Source of the DNA: Mobula hypostoma
Lineage: Eukaryota
DNA: 64,000 nucleotides
Direction: 5' to 3'
Assembly (NCBI RefSeq): GCF_963921235.1
Contig: NC_086097.1
Span: forward strand, 225,000,001-225,064,000
Position numbers and translations under genes: made by a program. Below are positions 23,961 through 36,940 of this stretch, in pieces. Position 1 is the stretch's first letter. Every line of letters starts with the position of its first letter. The notes beneath the pieces were generated by a model. It saw only the letters and a list, made by a program, of their open reading frames with translations. It did no database searches and had not been told where the DNA came from.

Positions 23961-25515
23961 TCTATATTCTCCTTTTCTGTATGCTGTAGGAGTATTCTGT
24001 ATACTCTCTTTTCTTCACTTCAGACCTACGAACAGTTTAGGTTGCAAAGAGTTCTCAGGAATGGAACAATGGGGGACTGAAAGTAATGGGTTTGTGACAT
24101 TGCTCTTTAGGGATCCAGAATAAAACTATGGGGCCAAATGGCCTCCTCGTGTGTCATGATAAATAATAAATGAATATTTTACTGTACTAAATCCAAGCAA
24201 ATCAATGGGGCATTTAGTGTCTCACTAGTACTCTCCTGAAGTAGTTAGATGTGGTCCTGTTTCACAGACTCACAAATAGTTTACATAGACACTTTTAATT
24301 TGGTGGTTGTGGAAACTAGTGTCTCATCACTGTGCCTTCCTTTAGCCCTTCAAAATAGTACATAAAGGCTGGAGAGCACAGTACTGCTTTGATGGCCTGT
24401 CTCAGTATGAGCCCCTCTATTTCTGACAAGCACACAACTGCTATAGAAAACAACACCATGCCATTTCTCTCTGGTGCTCTTGGTTGGGGTTCTCCTCAAA
24501 GGCCGGTCAACAGACTGACTCTGCTGGAAGAAGCAGTGTGTGAAGCTCTTTTGTTACCAGAATAAAGGCACCGTGACATGCACCATTTTTAATGTGCACA
24601 CACACAGTTCACAGAGCACATACCTCAGATTGCAATTTGACCTATACGCTTGTATTACATTTAGAAGGCAAGATGTCAGCGCAGATAAATCATGGTGATT
24701 TGCCACCTTTAAATGACAGTGTAAGACCACCAATAATATGAAGAAATGCCTTGGACACTGCAGTTGAAAAAAAAAGGTTTACAATTATATACTGTCTTTT
24801 AGAGCCTTAAGACTATCCCAAGGAGTTCTGCTGAAAATAAGTGACTTGCTATGTATCATATAAATTGATCATTGTTAATTTAGCAAACAAATATTTACCC
24901 ATGATATATTAGCTCCCCAAAAATCTTATACCATTTAGTTATAGCTTTTGATGTTGGACAAGTAATTTTCGCACAGATCTAAATTAAATTCGATGTTTGT
25001 ATCCAATAGAAAAATGAAAAGTGCGGGCAATTTGGCAAATAATTTGCATGATATATAATCAAGTAGAACAAAAACCTTGTTAAGGGAGTGGTGGTAGTTA
25101 GTGTTAAATATTTAAGTTCCAGTATTAATTGACTTTTATGGAATTCATGTGATATGGTTTCCTGGCATTTATTATGAACTAAATGCATTTTATTGAATGA
25201 TTTTTTTTGGCTCCCAGGTTTTGTTTCTGAATGGTATCATACTATTGAAACCACGAATCTTTTTGAAAGTCAAAAGCCTGCTTACGGACAGTTTCAAAAT
25301 CCCATTGATGTTGGGGAAACAACCGGCTCTGCATTTCCATTCACATTAGTCACTAGCGGAGCAAAAATAATCTCGTTTGGTTTTTTAATTATCTGCATGA
25401 GTGCTTCTTTGGATTGTGTTCTGGGAACAGCAACTGCTTGTGAAAACAATTAATGTTTCCTGGGCTGTAATTTAATTTGGTGAGGTTTGTGGTTTTTTTT
25501 TTTGTTTCCTAGCAG

Positions 25516-25671
25516 ATCACCCTCTCAGTTTCTGCAGCGAACACAGACATCTCCACGAAGAAAGTTGCTACTATTAGTGACGTCTGTGAGTCAATGAAAG
25601 AACAGTTGTTGGTTTTGGTGGAATGGGCTAAGTACATCCCAGCTTTCTGTGAACTGCCGCTAGATGATCAG
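25516..25671 (+). CDS. HNF4G: HNF4 gamma coding exon: LBD helix 3 region
   Basis: tagcag|ATC ... GAT CAG|gtagg, 156 bp. Translates [52 protein letters not shown] (nuclear receptor LBD signature). Confidence 0.96.
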
Positions 25672-27029
25672 GTAGGGTGAACACTTCTAAGATGGCTATT
25701 TAGCTGTATACTGAAAAGTTTTTTTGCAGCTTATTACTCTATCAGATGTATGTACATTGTTTATATATCTGCTCATACATCCATCTGACCTTACATTGAT
25801 AAATACTGGATAAATATAGTGCTTAATTTGTTGAATAGGATCAAGCACTCTCGAATATTGATAAGTTGACGAGTTTTTTGACAGTTTGAGCATCTAAGTT
25901 CAAGTAATTAAATTAATATAGAATAACATGCAAGAGTCAGTAGTTTTTAATAAACCGGTGAATGTTTGTAAAACTTATTTGATAGTCTAATGAACCTAGA
26001 GAAGCAGATCGCTCTTTATGCCAGTGAACTCAGCCCCACTGCTGGCTGACCCCTCACTCTTCTTTCTGATAGTGGGACAATAGCAATCAGCAGTAAGTGC
26101 TGACGTGTGGCATGACTGCATTTCATACTATAATTGAAGAAAATGTGGAATTTGTATCACTTGATCTACTTTGAATACCAAATTACAAGACTAATTAACG
26201 ATTAAGTATTTTGACTGATCAAAAGTAGAGGTAACCTTGTAATCCAGATAGTCAACCAGTTTGAAGTAGATATTGAAGATAGACAATTCCACTGAAATTC
26301 ATATCATTTGATCGGACGATCAGAGATGGAGAGGGTCAGCAACTTTAACTTCCTCGGTGTTATCATTTCGGAGGACCTGTCCTGGGCCCACCATGTAATT
26401 GCAATTACGAAAGAAGCATGGCAGTGCCTCTACTTCCTTAGGAGCTGCAGAGATTCAGCATGGCATCTAAAACTTTGACAAACTTCTATAGATATGTGCT
26501 GGAGAATATATTGACTGGCTGTATCATAGCCTGGCAAGGAAACACCAGTGCCCTTGAATGGAAAATCCTACAAAAATTAGTAGATATTTCTCACAGGTAA
26601 AATGAGGAAAATAATTAAGAGATTGGTCATCTGTTACGTTAAATAAGTTCAACGTGACCGGTCCAAAAAGTTCTATCTAGTACATCAGGATCTTTGCGTG
26701 TATCATTTGTAAACTTGCTGGTTAGTCATATTGCTTTGCTATGTGATCTGTATGATTTTTACATGAATATCAGTACAAACATTCCATTTCTGAATATTTT
26801 TCCCATGTATTAGAGTCCCCGTTGATTTATTTCAGGTCTCTTGCCATTTTTACTATGTATTCGTTTTACAAGATATGGGATGTTTTTTAGTATTAAATAG
26901 CTAACTGTTATTTTATGATGATTGTGGTCCATGGACAACAATTCATGGGAGACGAACTTTGTGTATCCCACCCAGCCTTGAGATAGGATGCATTGATCTG
27001 GTTATGTATGATCTCAATCAGGAGGAAAG

Positions 27030-27510
27030 AATCAGGTGGAGACGATGTTTCCTGTGTTGAGGAAGTCTAGGATCAGAGGCTACAGCCTCAGAATTGAGGG
27101 ACGTCCATTTAAAATGGAAATGAGGAGGAGTTTCTTTAGCCAGAGGGTGGTGAACCTGTGAAATTCATTTCCACAGGCGGATGTGGAGGCCAGGTGATTG
27201 GGTATATTTAAGGCAGAGGGTGATAGATTCTTGATTGATCAGAGCATGAAGGGATATGAGGAGAAAGCAGGAGATCGGGCTGAGAGGGAAATGGGTCAGC
27301 CATGATGAAATGGCGATTCGGACTCGATGGGACAAATGGCCTAATTCTGCTCTTATATCTTATGGTCTTGATTAGTTAGATCATGAAAAGTTACAGGAAA
27401 AAAGCAGGAGAATGGGTTGGAGTGGGAAATGGATCAGTCATAATGAAATGCCATAGCAGACTCGATTGGCCAAATGAGCTAATTCTGCTCCTGTGCCTTA
27501 TGTTCTCGTG
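27030..27510 (+). mobile_element. CR1 LINE 3' fragments in tandem
   Basis: TTTAGCCAGAGGGTGGTGAA motif followed by two successive 3' hairpin/tail modules. Confidence 0.8.
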
Positions 27511-27780
27511 GTAAGGTCAAATCTGCTGGGTTCTCTTGAATATCATCCTCATAACATCACATGACAGATACACTGAGTTTCAAATTCTGTCCTTTGTCAA
27601 TAAACTCCCTGCTTGGCCACACTCTTCACATCTGGGACTGAATGGTCCAGATCATTTGTGGCCGTGATTTCTGTGGATTCCTTTCATTGTTCTGCCATTG
27701 ACATTAGGTTTCAATGGCTGTGGATTTATTGCTTAGAATTTCTCATCCTTTATCTCTTTATAAATTTTCCACACCCCATG

Positions 27781-28160
27781 ACATAGAAACATAGAAAATA
27801 GGTGCAGGAGTAGGCCATTCGGCCCTTCGAGCCTGCACCGCCATTTATTATGATCATGGCTGATCATCCAACTCAGAACCCCGCCCCAGCCTTCCCTCCA
27901 TACCCCCTGACCCCCGTAGCCACAAGGGCCATATCTAACTCCCTCTTAAATATAGCCAATGAACTGGCCTCAACTGTTTGCTGTGGCAGAGAATTCCACA
28001 GATTCACCACTCTCTGTGTGAAGAAGTTTTTCCTAATCTCGGTCCTAAAAGGCTTCCCCTCTATCCTCAAACTGTGACCCCTCGTTCTGGACTTCCCCAA
28101 CATCGGGAACAATCTTCCTGCATCTAGCCTGTCCAATCCCTTTAGGATCTTATACGTTTC
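27781..28160 (-). mobile_element. Short young CR1 3' copy abutting the tail of the longer copy
   Basis: Near-identical to 28160-28540, with a (CATAGAAA)n tail. Confidence 0.92.
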
Positions 28161-30010
28161 ATAGAAACATAGAAACATAGAAAATAGGTGCAGGAGTAGG
28201 CCATTCGGCCCTTCGAACCTGCACCGCCATTTATTATGATCATGGCTGATCATCCAACTCAGAACCCAGCCTTCCCTCCATACCCCCTGACCCCTGTAGC
28301 CACAAGGGCCATATCTAACTCCCTCTTAAACATAGCCAATGAACTGGCCTCAACAGTTTGCTGTGGCAGAGAATTCCACAGATTCACCACCCTCTGTGTG
28401 AAGAAGTTTTTCCTAATCTCGGTCCTAAAAGGCTTCCCCTCTATCCTCAAACTGTGACCCCTCGTTCTGGACCTCCCCAACATCGGGAACAATCTTCCCG
28501 CATCTAGCCTGTCCAATCCCTTTAGGATCTTATACGTTTCAATCAGATCCCCCCTCAATCTTCTAAATTCCAACGAGTACAAGCCCAGTTCATCCAGTCT
28601 TTCTTCATATGAAAGACCTGCCATCCCAGGAATCAATCTGGTGAACCTTCTTTGTACTCCCTCTATGGCAAAGATGTCTTTCCTCAGATTAGGGGACCAA
28701 AACTGCACACAATACTCCAGGTGTGGTTTCACCAAGGCCTTGTACAACTGCAGTAGTACCTCCCTGCTCCTGTACTCGAATCCTCTCGCTATAAATGCCA
28801 GCATACCGTTCGCCTTTTTCACCGCCTGCTGTACCTGCATGCCCACTTTCAATGACTGGTGTATAATGACACCCAGGTCTCGTTGCACCTCCCCTTTTCC
28901 TAATCGGCCACCATTCAGATAATAATCTGTTTTCCTATTTTTGCCACCAAAGTGGATAACTTCACATTTATCCACATTAAATTGCATCTGCCATGAGTTT
29001 GCCCACTCACCCAACCTATCCAAGTCACCCTGCATCCTCTTAGCATCCTCCTCACTGCTAACACTGCCACCAAGCTTCGTGTCATCCGCAAACTTGGAGA
29101 TGCTGCATTTAATTCCCTCATCCAAGTCATTAATATATATTGTAAACAACTGGGGTCCCAGCACTGAGCCTTGCGGTACCCCACTAGTCACCGCCTGCCA
29201 TTCTGAAAAGGTCCCGTTTATTCCCACTCTTTGCTTCCTGTCTGCTAACCAATTCTCCACCCACACCAATACCTTACCCCCAATACCGTGTGCTTTAAGG
29301 TTGCACACTAATCTCCTATGTGGGACCTTGTCAAAAGCCTTTTGAAAATCCAAATATACCACATCCACTGGTTCTCCCCTATCCACTCTACTAGTTACAT
29401 CCTCAAAAAATTCTATGAGATTCGTCAGACATGATTTTCCTTTCACAAATCCATGCTGACTTTGTCCGATCATTTCTCCGCTTTCCAAATGTGCTGTTAT
29501 CACATCCTTGATAACTGACTCCAGCAGTTTCCCCACCACCGACGTTAGGCTAACCGGTCTATAATTCCCTGGTTTCTCTCTCCCTCCTTTTTTAAAAATT
29601 GGGGTTACATTAGCCACCCTCCAATCCTCAGGAACTAGTCCAGAATCTAACGAGTTTTGAAAAATTATCACTAATGCATCCACTATTTCTTGGGCTACTT
29701 CCTTAAGCACTCTAGGATGCAGACCATCTGGCCCTGGGGATTTATCTGCCTTCAATCCCTTCAATTTACCTAACACCACTTCCCTACTAACATGTATTTC
29801 ACTCAGTTCCTCCATCTCACTGGACCCTCTGTCCCTTCCTATTTCTGGAAGATTATTTATGTCCTCCTTAGTGAAGACAGAACCAAAGTAATTATTCAAT
29901 TGGTCTGCCATGTCCTTGCTCCCCATAATCAATTCACCTGTTTCTGTCTGCAGGGGACCTACATTTGTCTTTACCAGTCTTTTCCTTTTTACATATCTAT
30001 AAAAGCTTTT
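28160..30010 (-). mobile_element. Young 5'-truncated CR1 LINE with an uninterrupted RT reading frame
   Basis: ORF 28259-30058 has all RT motifs (KSPGPDG, QHGF, LDFQKAFD, GVPQGSVLGP, FADD) with no stop. No endonuclease domain is present. Confidence 0.96.
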
Positions 30011-30537
30011 TGGCTCAGCTTTTATGCACTCTTCCCATTTCTCCTCTTTTTTGGCCATGTAGCTGGGTCTTGCATCAATTTATGAAGCTTGCAGAATGTT
30101 GCAGTATGTTAAAAGCACCTTTTATAAATGTACAAATTGAAGCAGATTGAATTGTTTCCAGAAATGTAGCTAAATACTATACATCCATATTTTTCATTGT
30201 ACAATAAGCACTGGCTTTCTTCCAAAAGGTTTTTGATGAACTTTTGCCGAACTGAATGTGCTGACATGCTTTGTGGTGTAAAACTGATGTGTAAGAAGCC
30301 AGCCAGCACCGAGTTCTGTTACCTGAACTTGTTGGGGATTGATCTCATTTGGAGTGTGACAATGAGCCAACGTCGGGCAAAGTTCGCTTATTTCTCCTGC
30401 TGACAAGTGCTCAAAAGAGCAGTTTGCAGTAAACTCACATGCAATGATTTCAAACTGAAATTGTCTACTAGAAATACCGTTCCTTTACACAGATACCATA
30501 GCACCTATGAACTGATTTCATTAAACTACTTCATGAT

Positions 30538-30730
30538 TGCCAGTGTAGTGGCATCAGCACCGGACTTCGAGGTGAAGGGTCCTGAGTTCGAATCCCACCT
30601 GCTCATTTCATGCAGTTCATCCATGCTGGATTGAGTATCCAGCTAATAACTCAGCCTCGTAACAAAAAAAATACAGTCAAATGCTATGGAAATGGGAAAA
30701 GTACCACCCGATGCATGGAAAGGAACAACT
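30538..30730 (+). mobile_element. tRNA-derived SINE
   Basis: tRNA-like head with B box GAGTTCGAATCC. A related copy lies on the minus strand at 37840-38025. Confidence 0.7.
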
Positions 30731-31266
30731 TCATGAAGTGTTCTGTAATTGAAGTGATTAATGGGATGTGGAGCCTTTCACTTAACTCCAGTTATGCTGA
30801 AACATTACTTAATCACCAGTATTATGTAAAATGACAGCTTATGTGCTGGAATTAAGCAATGATGATTTTTAAGGTTTCCTCCTTCCACTGGAGTGTTTAT
30901 AATGACCATTTAACTGACCCGGACAAGATCTCAAACAATTCTTCCATTTCAAGGTTCAAAGTAAATTTACTATCAAAGTACGTACATGTCACCACACACT
31001 GCCCTGCAATTAATTTTCTTGCAGGCATTCATATTAGAACAAAGAAGTACAATAGTATCAATGAAAAACTGCACACAACTTAAGACAAACAACCAATGTG
31101 CAAAAGAAGACAAACTGTGCAAATAGAAAATAAATAATAATGGTAATAGAAATAATAAATAAGTAAGTAAATAAATAATACTAAGAAACTGAGTGACAGA
31201 GTCCTTGAATACGAGTCCATAGGTTTTGGAACCTATAGGTTTTCATATCATAAACATGCTTACTCA

Positions 31267-32520
31267 TGTAATGGGTAACAGATGACACATATTGCTCATA
31301 ATAGAAACTGTTCTACGTAATTCACAAACACTGTCATTGAGTTGTTATGTTCACTTTAAGAGACGCTGTCTGATGTAATGACGTCAGTGTAAGGTAATGC
31401 TTTTGGTTTGTTCATAATGGAAGTAAAGGGATGCAGCTTTTGTTAAGCACATAAAATGACTCTCACATGTTTTATTCTCAAAATCCTACACTGGTGACCC
31501 CGACCATGATGGGACAAATCCAGATTTACTGAGCGACAGGTTGACTAGCACAGTCACTTTGAGGCTGTCGGAGTTTTGGGAGCAGTTTGCTATTGCATGG
31601 TTTGCACAGGGGGGAGCCCAGTTTGTTCTGCGAGAAATCACCATGGACAATACCAAATTTTACTGACCCGTAGCATTGCAAAGTAGTTCCATTGCAGCCA
31701 GAGTGGTGAGTCTACCACACCAGCCTGCACGTCATAAATATGCCACTCTGAAAACTCACCTATTACAGACCTTTGGACTGTCTGAGACTGAGCACATCAG
31801 TTGCTGTCCTTGCTCAGCCTTCAGAACTAATGGGCTACATACCATCTCTCCTGGGCAATCACCATCCTTGTTTTATTTGTAAAGAACTCTTTATGCAACA
31901 AATGCTTGATCAAGTTTGCGTAGCCCTCACTAATACACAGTTAAGGAAAATCTGGCCAGCGTGAAGACCGGGTTTGCTAACGTGGAAATGCTAGGCATTG
32001 TACACAGACTGAATAGCCCTTGGGCTTCTCCTCTCCATATGGTCCCTAATCCAATGATGGTTGCTGGCCATATAGCGATTATTGCTGCCTTAACCGAGAC
32101 CACCACCCCTCCCCCCATTCAATACCCTGTCCCACATATTCACCACCCCTCCCCCCATTCAATACCCTGTCCCACCTTTTCAGCATGCTTAACCTGGAAG
32201 ATATTTTTTTCTAAAGTGGACATAGTCAGGGGTTATCATCAGATGCTTGTGTGCACTGAGGACGTTCCCAAAACTTTGGCCTATTTGAGTTTCTGCTCAC
32301 GCCATTTTGGGCTGAAAAATGCAACACACACCTTCCAGCAACTAGACTCTGTGATAAAAGACCTATATTTTCTTTCTGTTTACCTGGATGACATACTTGT
32401 CGCCAACACATCTAAAACTGAACACTTTTCAAGCATTTAAGGCAACATGGGCTGATTATTAACCCCACTAAATGCCAGCCTGGTTTGTCTACTATTGACT
32501 TTCTCACAGCCATGGATTTG
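31267..32520 (+). mobile_element. Ty3/Gypsy LTR retrotransposon relic (5' LTR, PBS, gag and RT remnants)
   Basis: Candidate TG...CA LTR at 31267-31490, followed by PBS-like TGGTGACCCCGAC. Gag-like EFWEQ...WFAQ; RT motifs SPWASPLHMVP, GYHQ and YLDDILVA. Confidence 0.85.
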
Positions 32521-32932
32521 AATATGAACATAATGGGATTTCCACCTTCATCACGTCATTCTGCATTGAAAGAGAGTATAAATCAATGAATGCTCTGTTG
32601 GGAGTGTTTTCACTTTGAATCAGTGTCATCATGTCTTATTTTACAGCATGGCAGATTAAGTAAACAAGCTTAAAATAATTCAAGAGAGACAAAACTGATG
32701 GGGTTTTTGATGACAAGCACAAGAAAATCTGCAGATACTGGAAATCCAAGCAACACGCACAAATGCTGGAGGAACTCAGCAGGCTAGGTAGCATCTCTGG
32801 AAAAGACTAACCAGTCAACATTTCGGGCCCTGACTGGCCCAACTGTTTACTCTTTTCTGTAGATGCTGCCTGGCCTGCTGAATTCCTCCAGCATTTTGTG
32901 TGTGTTGTTTTGTTTTTTTAAAAGATTTTTTT

Positions 32933-33596
32933 TAGATTATGAGGACACTCAATTCTCGTTTATTGTCATTTAGAAATGCATGCATTAAAAAATGATACAA
33001 TATTCCTCCAGAAAGATATCAGAGAAACACAGGAAAACCAAGACTAAAACTGACAAAACCACATAATTATAACATATAGTTACAACAGTGCAAAGCAATA
33101 CTGTAATTTGATAAAGAGCAGACCATGGGCACGGTAAAAAAAAAGTCTCAAGTCCCGATAGCCCCATCATCTCATGCAGACGGTAAAAGGGAGAAACTCT
33201 CCCTGCCATGAACTCCAAGCGCCGCCAACTTGCCGATGCATTGGCAGCGCCTGACCGCAGCCGACTCTGAGTCCATCCGAAAACTTCGAGCTTCTGACCA
33301 GCCCTCCAACACCGAGCACCGAGCACCATCTCTGCCGAGCGCTTCGACCCTGCCTGGGCCGCTGAGCAACAAGCAAAGCTGAGGACTCGGGGCCTTCCCC
33401 TCTGGAGAATCTGGATCACACAGTAGCAGCAGCAACGAAGCAGGCATTTCAGAAGTTTCACAGATGTTCCTCCGTGCTCTCATGTCTGTCTCCATCAAAT
33501 CAGGATTGTGCATGGCACCCTACTTGACAGATAACAGATATCATTCACCAGAGTGGCTGCTGCAAGCTGTGTTGTGCCGCCATCTTCTCCTCCTCC
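32933..33596 (-). mobile_element. ~660-bp non-autonomous retroelement, copy 1
   Basis: Colinear with 47266-47946. The minus strand starts GGAGAAGATGGCGGC and ends ACAATAAAC...CTCATAATCT. Confidence 0.8.
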
Positions 33597-33969
33597 AATT
33601 GCCTTCCAATTGTTTTGTTAATGAGTTGGAAATTGCTCCATTGGTATCACTCCAAGTTGGACATCACAGAGTACTACAGCACAGAAACAGGCCCTTGGCC
33701 CATCTAATCTGTGTCAGTCTAGTTCCCATCGACCTTCACCTGGACCATAGCTCTCCATACTCCAACAATTCACATACTTATCCAAGCTTCTCTTAAATGT
33801 TGAAATCACATCCACCACTTCCACAGGCAGCTTGTTCTACACTCGCATCACTCTCTAAATGAAGAAGTTTCCCGTCACATTCCCCTTAAATATTTCACCT
33901 TTCATCCTTAACCCATGACCTCTAATTCTCGTCTCATCCAGCCTCAGTGGAAAATACCTGCATTCGTTT

Positions 33970-36940
33970 ACCAAATCAGCATACGGGGGGAGACTGAAAA
34001 TCTGGCAGAGTGGTGCCACAACAGCAACAACTTCTCACTCAATGTCAGCGATGGCCAGGAGCTGATCACTAAACAGGAGGAGGAAACCAAGGTCCATGAG
34101 CATCAGGGGATCAGAGGTGGAGAGGGTCAGCAACTTTAAATTCCTTGGTGTTATCATTTCAGAGGATCTGTCCTGGGTCCAGCAAGTGGTTTCTTTGTAA
34201 GTGCCATTCGGAAGAAAGTCCCTCTACTTCCTTAGCGGCTTCTGAAGATTCAGTATGTCATCCAAAACTTTAGCCAACTTCTAGAGGTATGCAGTGGAGA
34301 ATATATTGACTGATTTTATCACGGCCTGGTATGGAAACACCAATGCCCTTGAACAGAAAAGCCCACAGAGAGTACTGGATACAGCCCAGTCCATCACAGA
34401 TAAAGCCCTCCCTATCACTGAGCACATCTACAAGGAGCACTGTTGCAAGAAAACAACATCCATCATTAAGATCCCCACCATCCACAACATGCTCTCTTCT
34501 TGCTGCTGCCATCAGGACGAAGGTACAAGAGTCTCTGGAACCAAACCACCTGGTTCAGGAACAGTTATTACCCCACAACAATCAGGCCCTTGAATCAGAA
34601 AGGAGAACTTCACTCACCCCAATACTGAACTTTTCCACAATACAGGGACAAAATTTGAGACACAGCTCTCCACCAACAACACATGTAGCTTACATCAAGG
34701 TCTGCACACCATCGTAGACTTCAAGGCTAAACACAGTGGAATTTCAAACATCGCTGCCTCTCTCCCAGATGAGCTAAATCATTTTTATGCTCGATTCGAC
34801 GTTGCCAACACTGAGCCCCTGAGGAGAGCCGCTGATGCGACCTGCAGCTTGGTCATCACTGAGGCAGGTGTTTCCAACAAGTGGACAGTCACAAGGCTGC
34901 GGGATCAGACGGCTTTCCAGGGCGGGAACTCAGGATGTGTGTGGCACTACTGGCAGGTGTGTTTACAGACAGACTTAACCTCTCCCTCCCCCAGAGTAGA
35001 GTGCCCTCTTGCTTCAAAACATCCTGTTCCTGTACCTAAAAAGACCAAGGTAATGTGCCTGAATGACTGGAGTCCTGTTGCAATCAGGTCAATAACAAGC
35101 AAATGCTTTGAGAGGCTGGTCAAGGACTACATCTGCAGCTTGCTGCCACCCAAACTGGACCCCCTACAATGCGCCTACCAACACAACCCATCAACAGATG
35201 AAGCAATAGCCGCAGCTCTACACACCGTCCTTACACATTTGGAGAAGAAGGATGCTTATGTGAGAATGCTGTACTTGGGCTACAGTTCATCATTCAACAC
35301 CATAGTTCCCTCCAGACTCAATAAAAAGCTCAGAGACCTTTGCCTTCACCCTGCCGCGTGTAGCTGGATCCTGGACTTCCTGTCAGATCGCTGGCAGGTG
35401 GTAAGAGTGGACTCCCTCACCTCTGCTCCTCTGATCCTCAATGCATGTGCCCCTCAGGGCTGTATCCTAAGCCCCCTCATTTACCCTCTGTATACTCATG
35501 ACTGTGTTGCCACCCATAGATCCAATTTGCAAATTAAGTTTGCTGATGACACTACACTGATTGAAACATAGAAAATCTACAGCACAATACAGGCCCACAA
35601 AGCTGTGCCAAGCATGTCCCTACCTTAGAAATTACCTAGGGTTACCCATAGCCCTCTATTTTTCTAAGCTCTATGTACCTATCCAGGAGTCTCTTGAAAG
35701 ACCCCATCGTATCTGCCTCCATCACTGTCACTGGCAGCTCGTTCCACGCACTCACCACTGTCTGTGTAAAAAAAACTTACCCCTGACATCTCCTCCGTAC
35801 CTGCTTCCAAGCACCTTAAAACTGTGCCCTCTCACGCTAGCCATTTCAGCGCTAGGAAAAAGCTTCTGACTATCCACACGATCAATGTCTCTCAATACCT
35901 AATCTCAAATAATAATGAGGCAGCCTACAGAGAAGAAATCAACATCCTGACACAGTGGTGTCAAGAAAACATCCTCTCCCCCAATGTCGCAAAAATAAAG
36001 GAGCTGGTTGTGGTCTACAGGAGGAATGGAGACAGGCTAACCCCGATTGACATCAATGGATCTGGGGTTGAGAGCATGAACAGCTTTAAGTTCCTTGGCA
36101 TAAGCATCACCGAGTATCTTGCCTCTTTCACCTCAGGCGGTTGAAGGAGTTTGGTATGGACCCAAAATCCGAAGAATTTTCTATAGGGGCACAATTGAGA
36201 GCATCCTGACTGGCTGCATCACTGCCTGATATGGGAACTGTACCTCCCTTAATCGCAGGAATTGGCAGAGAGTGGCGTGGACAGCCCAGCGCATCTGTAG
36301 ATGTGAACTTCCCACTACTCAGGACATTTACAAAGTCAAAAAAAGGGTCCAAAGGATCATTGGAGACCTGAGTCACCCCAACCACAAACTGTTGCAGCTA
36401 CTCCCATCCGGGAAACTGTATCACAGCACAAAAGCCAGGACCAACAGGCTCCGGGACAGCTTCTTCCACCAGGCCATCAGACTGATTAATTCATGCTGAC
36501 ACAATTGTACTTTTTATGTTATATTGACTGTCCTGTTGTACATACTATTTATTATGAATTACTATACATTGCACACTGCACTTATAGACAGAGATGTAAT
36601 GTAAAGATTTTTACTCCCCATGTATATGAAGGATGTAAGTAATAAAGTCAATTCAATTCAGCCTATAGACTCACTTTCAAGGACTCTACAACTTATTTTA
36701 CACTATTTATCACTTATTTATCTATTTATTTATTTATTTATTTATTTTGTTTTTTTTCTTGTTTTGTGTTAGCACAGTTTGTTGTCTTTTGCACATTAGT
36801 TCTGTGCCCTGCCTGTTGGATGTGGACTTTCATTGATTCTATTGTTTCTTGTATTTACTGTGAATGAATCTCAGGGTTGTATATGGAACTTTGACATATA
36901 TGTACTTTGATAATAAATTTACTTTGAATTTTGCACTTTG
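33970..36940 (+). mobile_element. Nested Rex-Babar-like LINEs: host 33970-34640 plus 36661-36940, insert 34641-36660, itself split by a CR1 3' piece at 35565-35893
   Basis: Motifs ILTDFITAWYGN, CLNDWSPVA, CFERLV, LDPLQ and KFADDT; tail AATAAAGTCAATTCAATTCA. Host sequence resumes after the insert. Confidence 0.85.

Noticed and set aside
30538..30610. tRNA gene
   Set aside because: It has a B box but no complete cloverleaf, and it continues into a SINE body shared with the copy at 37840-38025.
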